Shown piece by piece: positions 53,216 through 64,000 of a DNA stretch of 64,000 nt. The stretch spans positions 81,654,001 to 81,718,000 of the forward strand of contig OX597821.1 of the NCBI GenBank assembly GCA_951406725.2, written 5' to 3'. Within the stretch, counting starts at the first letter, position 1, and each line of letters begins with the position of its first letter. A program made the position numbers and the translations under genes. The notes below the pieces were generated by a model. It ran no database searches. It was given only the letters and a program-made list of their open reading frames with translations, and had not been told where the DNA came from. Source of the stretch: Octopus vulgaris. Lineage: Eukaryota.

Positions 53216-53929
53216 GGGATTTACTTTTTAACAAATGCCTTTGCTAATGTTTCAACACTTTTTATAAATCCTCTTCTAACTGTATGCAAGGTACTAACTG
53301 CTCCTCTCATATTTTTACCCATCTTTTGTCCTTCATCTCCCTACATAAAACTGCATCCCCATTTCCCCACTGAGGGTTTATAGCCTTACAAAAAAACTGC
53401 ATGATGGCCTCACTAGTGCTGGTGACAAAAAAAAAAAAAAAGCACCTAGTACATACTGTAAAGTTACTGGCATTAGGAAGGGCACTAGCAATAGGAACCC
53501 AACCAAAGCAGACATTGGAGCACGATGCAGTCCTGAAACCCATTCAATCCAACTCATACCATCATGGAACATGGACATTAAATATTAATGATATATAACT
53601 CCACACACCTAATGGAAAATATTCAAATTATTCCTCCCTATTCACTTCTTAATATCTTACAACCGTGCAACATTATACTTTTTACATACACCACAAAAAG
53701 TGCTTAGTTTGAGATGGAAACAATACAGGATCCATGAACTTTCTTGCGGGGTCTCAAAGATTAATATGAAGAGAAAAGGAAGAAACTACGATTAAGATGT
53801 TGCAAGCATTAGTCAGAAGGAAGTGTTAAAAACTAAGCAATGGATTGTCTACTACCCAAGACCCAACAACAAGGGCAGTCCATTGAATGGGATGGTGTAC
53901 ACCAACAACTTTGGGTTGACTGAAGGCTA

Positions 53930-54348
53930 TGTAACAGGATGAGAGATTCCCACACTGGATGGGTGCTGCTCGCATCTTTTACATTAAATATTAATTGAAG
54001 AAAGAGTCAAGATTTTCCATTAACTTCAACAGTATGAATATTTATTCTTTGATTTGCAATATAAACATTTCCTTCCTCTGGGCGAATCGGCAACCTAGGA
54101 GCTTATCGGCAGTAGTCAAGTGGAGTGAGTCAATCCTGCCCGTTCAAGCATAGCGGAAATGCATCACAAGGTAGCAGCGCGAGAGAGCTGCTGGAGACAC
54201 GTCTGTATTGTTCAGCTGCTAGGGTCCAAGAGAGAGATACAAGAGAATTTCGCTGCCGCTAGTTTTCTGCGCATGCGCATGAGGGAACTTCTGCCAGGCT
54301 TTCCGGAAGATTCCAACCCTGTGAGATTTCCAAGATGGCATCACTACA
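53930..54348 (-). mobile_element. Solo LTR (419 bp, TGTA...TACA, 4-bp TSD GCTA), probably Gypsy-type
   Basis: GCTA|TGTAAC ... ACTACA|GCTA; removing it restores a family-A SINE segment (GAAGGCTATGATAGAAGA vs GAGGCTATAGTAGAAGA); strand inferred from minus AATAAA at 54041-54046. Confidence 0.8.
54268..54309. promoter_or_regulatory. NRF1-type palindrome TGCGCATGCGCA and ETS-type CCGGAAG inside the solo LTR
   Basis: Motif matches at 54268-54279 and 54303-54309 in a locally CpG-rich block; function not shown. Confidence 0.45.
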
Positions 54349-55967
54349 GCTATGATAGAAGATATTTGTCACCCTACATAGTCAGATCAAAATCAAAATC
54401 AGAACCCTATCATTACAAACCAAACTCCCTAAGCACACAGCAATGCCTACAATCTATTTGTATCCAACTGAAGTGAAAGTTCTTGAAATGTATTCCACAC
54501 CAATCTAGATCCAGTCACTACACTATCATTACACCTGCCACATCACAAGACCTCTCGCACAATCCTGAGTCTGTTCTACCTCTCTGCTGACAAATACCAT
54601 GTAGTTTACAGTCTGTACACACACACACACACACCCTAATAGAAATCATGCACAATAATCTGTGTGATGGATGGTCATATTAAATTTCAAGCAACAAGCA
54701 CCAATACACTACAGAACTTTAAAACAACAAACCACCAATTTTTTTCTGGCTCCAACCCATCTCAGTTTTCTCATATTCTTAGATAACAATACTGCTACAT
54801 ACACCAACCACAAACAACAAGCAAACATTATCATTTACCCATCAGACGGGAAAGTCTAAAGTTTGAATACTAAAATGTAAATATAGTAGTGCAACTAGAT
54901 TTAACTTCCACAGAGAGAAAAATGTAAACAAAAACAAATATAACATTTTTTAAAGAATTTCTGACAAACAGTCTGATGAGCTTTTAATTGTATTTTTAAT
55001 ATTTTTATTTTTTCTGTATAACTTCTGAATATCAATTTAGAAATTTTATAGAAATTGTTGAAGTAGAAGTTTTACGTCGGTAATACTAGTTAATCAAGCA
55101 GGAAGAAGTAGTTTTGGATTTCTTCTCCATACAAATATAATATTGTTGTTTTGAACAAGTGCAAGTTGCTTCTCTAAAAGGACTCATGTTCACACATAAT
55201 TAGTTGAAACAATTTCTCATCTTAATAAACTTCAATTTCTGACTTAGTACTGTGCTGTGTGTGTATTTATCAAATGTAAACCACTGGGGCCTTTAAGAAA
55301 GTTTACTCTATTGCAAGCACTTGAACCAGACATCTAGTCCCTTTTTTCACCCAATTTTTTCTAAAGATGACCAGATTCAGCTGGGTATTGGCTACATCAG
55401 TCTCTCTAATCTGGGAGACTCTGTAATGGATATGGACCCTACCCTTCTGTATCTGACTTGGATATAAAAAAAAATTATTATTTCAATGACTGAAGGTAAG
55501 AAGCTGGCATCAGACAAAATGTCTAGTGGTATTTCCTCCAACTCATTACATTCTGAGTTCAAATTCTGCCAATGTAGATTTTACATACAAGTTTGACAAA
55601 ATAAACCACCAGTGAAATATTGGGATTAATGAAATCAATTTGACTCCTTTCAAAATTGCTGGCCTTGTACCAAAATTAGAAAGACTTATTTCTATGAACG
55701 AAATACAATTAAGGGAAAATAAGTAAAAAGCATCATACAATTCCTGAACAGACTGTAAATAGTATATTGTTTAATATCTAAGGTCAACAAAAGTAGGACT
55801 GACCCAAGACAGTGTGGTACCAATGCTAAAGAGTAAACCACAACTTTAGCTTGGATATATGTACAATATTCACAAGCATTTTTAAGGAGTTGGTTTTTAA
55901 ATAAATTTTTAGCATGTAATTGGTGTTAAAGCTATAGCCAACTTGTGTTTCTGTAGGGAATGTTGCC

Positions 55968-56680
55968 ATGTGGTTAAGGAGCTCACATTACAGCCACAAG
56001 ATTTCAGGTTCAACCCCACTGTACAACATCTTGGTGTTTTTTAATCTAGCTCCAGGCCAACCAATGCCATGCAAGTGAATTTGGTAGATGGATATTGTGT
56101 GGAAGCTTGCCATATATACATATATACATGTATGTGTGAGTGTCTTTGTGTTTGTCCCCACTAACCAATGCTTGACAACTGGTGTTGATCTGTAACTCCA
56201 TAACTTAGCAATTCCACAAAAGAGATTGACAGAATGAGAAATATTCTAAATATAAAGTCATATCATTGAAATCCCAAAGATAAAAGATAAAGCATAATTA
56301 GTTGTCGGAGCACTGCATCCTTCAAAACTTCCATGCTTCCTGAGATTCGCCAACACTACACCTGATTTTCTCCCCTCCATACACACGCAAGCATGTATCT
56401 GACTCATATACTGTTCACTTTCCAGACATTTGTACATTACTGCATATGCTTTATACGCACTTTTGACAAGTTGTGGTGCATCTGAGCACTGTGTACAATA
56501 ATTTCATTATTATAATTCCAAGCAGTGTAAATAAATAAACATTACATTTGACAGAATAATCTAAATGCTAAAGCATTAAAAAAATAAGTGCTGGGGTAGA
56601 TTTGCTCCACTAAACTCTCTGAGGTGGTGCTCCAGCATGACTGCAATCCAATGACTAATACAAATAAAAGATAAAAGACA
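55968..56680 (+). mobile_element. Old SINE family A interrupted by a CR1-like 3' end (56298-56515) and a MITE end
   Basis: SINE head/body at 55968-56240 resumes at about 56582 (AATAAGTGCTGGGG...GGTGCTCCAGCATG). Confidence 0.7.
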
Positions 56681-57351
56681 AGATTTGAGGACTTACAACA
56701 TGAGGACACTGTCTTAAAGATAAGAGGGAGTCTGTTGAGGAAATTGTGACTACTCCATCAAGCAAATCTATTTACTATGCAGAAGTTTTTTTCACAGACT
56801 AAAAAACATTTTAGTTGTAATGCTCAATGAACAAACAATAGATGAATTAGAAGACAATTATTTGTTAAATAACCAGTCTTAATTTGGAAAACAGTTAATT
56901 AAGATATTGGTACTCAAAGTAAGGGGAAAGATGTAAGAAGCTCTTGTTTATTTAGTAGATTCGGTTAAGTTTGTTTGATGACTAATAAATACCAGTTCTG
57001 TGAGAACCAATGCAATGAATAAGCTAATGATGGCATTGAGTGACAGGTGAAACAACGTAAAGAAAATTGCTAGCGGTAAGGCTGGGAGAAATTACCTAGT
57101 ACAGAGTGTAGAAATACTATGATGAACAGTAAAAAAAGTCATTGAAAACTCTGTGTGTGTGTGTGTGTGTGTGAGTGTGTGTGAATGTATGTGTAGATAC
57201 ATGTGTGTGTATGTATGTGCATTTATATGTGTGGGTATGTTTGTGTGCCTGCTTTCCATGCCGGCATGGGTTAGACAGTTTGACAGGAGTTGGTCAGGCA
57301 GAAGACTGCACCAGCCTACTGTGTGTATGTGTGTGTGTGTATATAAAAAGC

Positions 57352-57384
<33 letters not shown>

Positions 57385-58232
57385 CTTTATCTCAATTATA
57401 TGAATCTCATTGAGTAGAAACAAATACTCTTGTTTTTGCATATTCTTGCATTATATACAGATGCACATGAGCATGAAAACACGCATATAATACAAGGTTC
57501 ATACAAGTGCACACATACAAAAAGAAAGAACAGAATTAAAGAGTGTGTGTGTGTGTGTGGTATGCATGTGCGTGCATGCACACACACACGTTCTTTTATT
57601 TGTTTAATGGTTTCAGTTGTTAGACTGCAGCCATGCTGGAGCACTGCCTTAAGTATATATGTATATGGTTCAGTAATATCTATCCTATCTCCAGTATATA
57701 CAAATATTCCTGTTTTTGTGTATTCTTCTGTTGTATACAGATGCATATGTGTGTGCATGCAAGCTTCATCATGCTTGTGTATGAAAGAGTGTGTGTGTGT
57801 GTGTGTGTGTGTAAGTGAATGTGTTAGCTCAAGAGACAGAGACTGGATGCATGAAAAGATGAAAGAGGAGAAGAGGCTTGTTAGCATCAGTGCAGAGAAA
57901 CCAGTGGAATGAGGACTGGGCAAAGAGAGACAACTGCATCATGTCTCGTATATAATTCTATAGCAGAGAATATCTGTTGAAGAATTTCATAAGTTCATTC
58001 CACTTGTCAGATGTACACTGAAGCTGCTGAAGTATATTTGATAACAGAGGCTTCTGGAAGAGGAGTGGTACATTACAATCATAGAACCTAATATGCAAAC
58101 ATGAATATATGAAAACCACTTATGCAATGCATACCTTAAAAGAGATTAGGTGATTCCATCAACTCAATTCCAAAGTCAAACTGGTTCCATATAACATGTA
58201 TCTATAGCCATTTTCCTTTATATAGTAAGAAT

Positions 58233-58546
58233 TTAACCCCTTTAGTGTTGAGATTATTCTTTTAAATGTAGTGATTATATATTCAAATTCTTTTGAATTA
58301 ATCATGCATTCTCTCGTAGCCTTGAGATTTTGATGATGAGACTGTAGGATGGGTATGAGAGGTCTGATCTAGCCAGTTTATACACAAAACAGATAAAAAA
58401 ATATTCAGGCCTGACTGGCCAATTTAAATACTTGATGATGAGACTGTAGGATGGGTATGAGAGGTCTGATCTAGCCAGTTTATACACAAAACAGATAAAA
58501 AAATATTCAGGCCTGACTGGCCAATTTAAATACTATAAAGGGTTGA
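58233..58546. mobile_element. TTAA-type MITE containing a perfect 102-bp tandem duplication
   Basis: Ends TTAACCCCTTTAG ... TAAAGGGTTGA; body is an inverted homologue of 24417-24607. Confidence 0.7.
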
Positions 58547-58849
58547 AAGTACTTGTGTGCATGTGTGTGTGTGTGCGCGCATTCATGTGTATAAGAAGGA
58601 AGCATGGCTGTATGGTAAAGAAGCCAACTTTGTAACCACATGGTTTTGTGTTCAGTTCCACTGCGCAGCACCTTGGGTAAATTTCTACTATAACTCCAGG
58701 TCAACCAATGCCTTATGAGCGAATTTGGTAGATGGAAACTATGTGGAAGCCCATCATATATGGTGATCTTTCAGAGTATTTGGCAATGTCGATAAAAATA
58801 TTTTTATTTCTTTAATTTTTTCCAGCCGAATTGCTTATTGTTTATATAT

Positions 58850-58880
<31 letters not shown>

Positions 58881-59871
58881 ATCATTGCTATTATGTTAAA
58901 CTGCTGTATGTCCAAATATGGCCAAATGACTATTTTTCAATATTTATTTTTGCTTGCAATAGCCAGTTCTTTTGGTCAAATTATTTTGCTATGGAATGGT
59001 GAAACTATTTTTTCCTTTTCTGAAAAAGCAACGTTTTGGACTTACGACACTTTTACATAATAGCAACAATATGTATATTTGTGTATGTAAGTATATGTGC
59101 ATGTATGTATACTTGTATAAGAGTGTGTGTGTGTGTGTGTGTGTCCCCACTACCACCATCACTACTTGACAGCTTGTGTTGGTTTGTTTATGGCCCAGTA
59201 ACTTAGAAGCTATATTCATTACAAGTAGGTTGAATGTGTCTGCCAAGTGCCCTTTCAACAACATTCTTCAGCATACAGTCATATTCTGTATGAACCCTAC
59301 CAAACACACCAAGTTTTTTTCTTAGTTTTACACCTGCTTACCCATAATCATCAACGTTTATGAAAATATTTATCTTTTCCTATTTAAAATACTGCTAATG
59401 TAATTACCTCTCCTCTTTCCCAACCCTTCTCTTTAATGTAGAGATCCAGGTTTCATAGAACCTACCCTTTTTCCTTACCCTATCCAAACCTAATAATGTT
59501 CATATAAATATCATTATAAATCCAGTATGCAAAGGTTAATTTCTTCCTTGCTAACATATTGTCAAAGAGCCTGGGTTCCTATGTCCTTAATCATAGACAT
59601 ATGAAATGACAACTAGAGATCACTGTCCCATGCTTTTTGTATGCAAGCCAGTGAAGCTTGGTCTAAGCACTCTAATAACAAGAATGCTTCGGTAGAGAAG
59701 TTTAATCAATGATTTACCTTTCCTCAATAAAATTAATTGATGTTATCAACACTGATATATAAAACAAAATAGACTTCTTTAATTAACCACCATAACAACA
59801 ATAACACAAACAACAACAAAGAGTTTCTTCTTGGAGTTGTGTAGCAATGAAATATGGGTAATGAATTTATG

Positions 59872-60170
59872 CGAAGGTGCATGGCTCAGTAGTTAGATTC
59901 CAGACTCGGGCTGTGTGTTGTTTTCTTAAGTAAGACACTTTATTTCACATTGCTCCAGTTCACTCATCTGTAGAAATGAGTTGCAATGTCACTGATGCCA
60001 AGCTGTATTGGTCTTTGCCTTTTCCCTAGATAACATTGATGGTGTGGAGAGAAGAGGCTGTTATGCATGGGTGACTGCTGGTCTTCCATAGAACAACCTT
60101 GCCCAGACTTGTGCCTCAGAGGGAAACTTTCTAGGCACAATCCCAAGATCATTCATGACTGAAGGGGTTC
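59872..60170 (+). mobile_element. SINE family C
   Basis: Homologous to 28631-28963, with a deletion in the head. Confidence 0.85.
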
Positions 60171-63149
60171 TTTGATGAATTAATGCAAAGGAATGTGCTC
60201 AATGTGGCTTTGTTGTATGTGACATTGAAAACTTATGAGAAAAGCAAGTAATTGGGATACTGATACGGATAGTGTGAAAAGAGGATCCATGATCCGAAGA
60301 AAGACTTTGATTTTGTAGCAGAATGCTAGACTTCATAAGTGAGATAATATAACAATAGGAAAACTTGTGGAAATATGTTACAAATCCATTAAACTTGTAA
60401 TCAGCATGAAAAAAATCATGTTAAACTGACACTAATTAAAAAATTACATAGCATGGGACAGTCCTCATTGTGGGGTGGTGACTTGTGTGTGTCAATAACC
60501 TTCAGAAGTATGTCAGTGGAGGACAAGCTCCTGGTAGAGGACTGGTCAAACAGTAGAGGCCAGACTAATATGGACCACCTCTTTTCAAAGGTAAAAATAG
60601 GTTTGCCAACACTTCTACTTGCAAAAAAAGTTAACAGAAGTATCAATGATAGTTCAAATCCAACAACACAGAGAGGAAAACCTCACAGCTCAGAGCTGAG
60701 AACAGTGGAGTCAGGTAATTGATAGCTTATGCTCCATAGGGAACAAAGGGCTTAAGTAATTAGTAAGCATAGACAGTGAAGAAGTTTTTGTACGGGCCAC
60801 ACAATAGAAGCTAGTGGAAAGACATGCAGTAAAGATGAGCTCTTGGCAAGTCAAATTTGAGACTAGGTTTTAACTGCTGGTTTTTAGCCTGTTTCAAAAC
60901 ATTCTTATTCACACAATCTCATTTCTCTTCTCTTAATAAACCAAGAGAAAATCAAAAACTCAAAGAAGTAGCTCAATTTAGCCCTTCTAAAAAATACTTG
61001 TCAAAAAATTGTAAAGAAACACCTTCAAGAAAATGGCCACAAAGGGAATGGTTATTAAACAGAAAAGGGACAGAAGGAACTGGTTTAACTACGTTCATTC
61101 ATCACCAAGGATCTAGTTGTACACTCAATTAACATCACCAGCATCAATAGCAACAATAACAATATTTACTCCAGTAATTATAAGCTACCAGGACATTGTC
61201 CTGTTGTTGTTGTTGCTTTTTTCTGGCAGATGGTTCTAGCATCATTTTTGTTGTCTTTGTTTTTGCTGTCTTTATTTCTGTTTTCTTCTTCCAAGGCAGT
61301 TTAGTTTTCATTCAAATTATTTTTCAGCAGTACACCAACATACCCTTAAGACAAAGTTTACCCCCCATTTTCCACACCACTTCAGAAATTCAATTAGTAA
61401 CACCTCCAACTACAAGTATAAGATTTCTATCAAAGAAAAGCTTCCAAATATTTTTTTTGACACTCCCCAAGAACAAATTGTAGGAGATTATAAAGGGGCA
61501 GGGCTATCTTACAATTTACGACAAAACAAGCCCTTTTCAAAGCACTTTACATTACTGATTAATCCAAAGTTTAACACTAAATATTTTACAGGTAGTGATT
61601 ACTGTTTTAAGAAGTTAAAAAAATAAAAGAAGAGAGAGAGAGAGAGAGAGAGAGTTAATAGCTATGTGAAAACTTCTGGTATGAATTAAGATCCGAATTC
61701 CGGAGGGAGCACAGTATTGGGAGAGGAGAAATAGAGGAGATGAGTGGGGAGTGGCAGTTTGGTTCATTAAAAGAGGTATAAAAATAGCCAAGATTGGAAT
61801 GCTGCAAGTATTTTTAACTGGTTTATTTCTGAGGATACAGAAGTACTTGGTTGGATGTAGCAATGTAAAACTAATGAAACAAAACTAGTACACACACACA
61901 CACACACACACAAACAGCTACAGTACAGTACACATATTCAACAGCATACACACACACACACACACTACAGAATGCATGGACATATGCAAAACATATCATG
62001 TCATATACACATACAGTTACAGATATGAATATACTATTTTCCATTTATAAACATACACATTTACACAACATTTTACACTAACACACATACACACACCACC
62101 CACGCTATTTACACGCTCTTGCATGAACAGACACACATCACACATTAACAGAAAGATAGATTCCTGGGTGAAGAGATGAGAAAAGGAGAGGCAGAGTTTC
62201 AGTACCATATGGTTGAATGACATTCCCAGAATTCTAATATAATTAGCAGTGATGTTTGTAGAAGGAGGGGGTTCTGAGAGTCTGAAGGAAGGGAAAGGTA
62301 GCAGATGTCATATTAATTAAGAGTCTCTAACGAAACTAAAATTAAACCAGAAACTCAATCATTTGAAACTGTTTTGTTGATGTAGCAGGTTGAGAAAAAT
62401 CTCTAAATGGAAATCCTATACTTCCTTGACACAACCAAGGAAGGATGTTACTGTTTTTGATTTGTTTTAAGGAGCACAAGGTTAAATTGTTATAATCCAG
62501 TCTATTAGTCTTATCATATGACATTATTAGATTTAATTCTCATTAGCAACAACAAGCCAAGGGACCATTTATATCAGAGGTGAAGACCCGTCCTAGTACA
62601 TGGGGTGAATTCTAAGTACACAAGAACCTTTGTGTTAGAAGGAAACAATAGAGTGCAGCTGTTTGGATGCTGATGATGGGGCACGGCTGACAGGGCCCCT
62701 AGCCTGTTTTAGGGACAGTGTTTTTTGGCACAAGAGGCAAAAACACTCACACATATGAGTGCAAGATTACACCCTTACAGATAGCCATTGCAAACTTGCC
62801 TAGACCAATACAACTGGCAGGGTAGCTATCATTCTTGGTAGCTGTTGTTATACACCTACCAAGAATGACAATGGTCAGTTTAAAAATTTGGTGAGGAAGG
62901 GTTTATTTTGAAAGAAAAAGTTAGAATTGGTCAACGTGTTTACAACAGGATTTTGGGAGGTGAAAGGCAGCAGAGGCGACAAGAAGAGGCAAGAAGTAAC
63001 TTCATTTCTATGACTTATGGCCAGTAAACCATTTCAGTCGTCTTTGTATCCATTTCATTTGAGAGGGGGATAAATGTTACACAATCTTACCAATCCGTTC
63101 TAACAAATTTCAAACTCAAAGGCTATGGAACAAATCAATATTAACTTAA

Positions 63150-63350
63150 GGCAGCAGAATTGTCAGCACCCAGGGCAAACTGCTTAATGGAGTTTCATTT
63201 ACATTCCGAGTTGAAATTCAGCCAAGGTTGGCTTTGCCTTTCATCCTTTTGGAGTCAATTAAGTAAGTACCAGTTGAGCACTAGGGTCACTGTAATTGAC
63301 TTACTCCCTGCCTCAAAACTACTGGCCTTTTGCCAAAATTTGAAACCAAT
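63150..63350 (+). mobile_element. SINE family B, old copy
   Basis: CTTTGCCTTTCATCCTTTTGGAGTC core. Confidence 0.75.
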
Positions 63351-63734
63351 TTTAACATACACGACCATATCGCTGAACCTGCTTTTCTTCTGTGCCATGC
63401 TTGCAGGTGCAAGCACACACACAAATCAAAACTTTCAAATACTCTCATCGCGACTGTGAGTGCGAGTGACTGACTGTATAAGTATGGGTGTGTGAGTACT
63501 TGGACGCAAAAAAAAATGTGTACTTAAGTATCTATGAGTGCACTTGAATGAGCATGTCCTTAGGTGTTTTACTGTTCCTGCATTGATGGAATGCGAGACT
63601 GGTCTACATTGCTTCTGCATGCTTTTCCAAGTGCACATACATATACCACACTCCCACACATTTTTCTGAATCCAAGGAATAAACCTAATCCTGATTAGGA
63701 TGGACAGATTAAGTTATTATTGTTATTGTGTTAT

Positions 63735-63960
63735 GGCAGTGAGCTGGCAGATTCGTTATCATGCTGGGCAAAATGCTTAGCAGCATTTCGTTCATCCTAA
63801 AGCTGAGTCCAAATTCCGACCAGGTCCACTTCGCCTTTCATCCTTTCGGGGTCAGTAAAATAAGTACTGGTCGAGTATTGGGGTCAATGTAATTGACTAT
63901 CTTGCTCCCCCAAATTTCAGGCCTTATGCCTATAGTAGGAAGGATTATTATTATTATTAT
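63735..63960 (+). mobile_element. SINE family B with (ATT)n tail
   Basis: GGCAGTGAGCTGGCAG head, GCCTTTCATCCTTTCGGGGTC core. Confidence 0.85.
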
Positions 63961-64000
63961 CAGCATCATCATCATTATTATTATTTTTATTATTATTGTG

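Noticed and set aside
56690-56735. Candidate upstream tensin micro-exon at a strong GTAAGT donor
   Set aside because: The 35-nt version has a TAA in the frame needed to join 48765; shorter versions have no homology support
60416-60850. Overlapping 76- and 89-aa ORFs, possible exon or LINE relic
   Set aside because: No recognisable domain and no splice-phase link to tensin
61776-61786. Plus-strand TATAAAA as a promoter
   Set aside because: Common in AT-rich DNA, with no supported downstream transcript

Overview
AT-rich, microsatellite- and SINE-dense animal genomic DNA, most likely an octopus (inferred from repeat families I recognise; not verified by a search). The only protein-coding gene I can support is a tensin on the minus strand. 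Eight GT-AG exons (48765 down to 7186, 935 nt) splice in phase into 311 uninterrupted codons covering the PTEN-like phosphatase domain and the C2 domain. No start or stop codon was found, so the gene is incomplete here. The rest is intronic or flanking: several tRNA-derived SINE families, RTE- and CR1-like LINE fragments, TTAA-flanked MITEs, a solo LTR with a 4-bp target-site duplication, and simple repeats. Nearly all listed ORFs are repeat artefacts. Best leads: (1) an intact catalytic loop HCKGGKGR, identical to voltage-sensing phosphatase, whose Arg codon sits in an ADAR-preferred UAG context; (2) a solo LTR with NRF1/ETS motifs 5 kb upstream of the first PTP exon; (3) several long fold-back hairpins and inverted SINE pairs in the pre-mRNA; (4) a decayed hammerhead-like relic. 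I see no demonstrably new biological system; these are testable hypotheses. Repeat boundaries are approximate and SINE family letters are my own labels.
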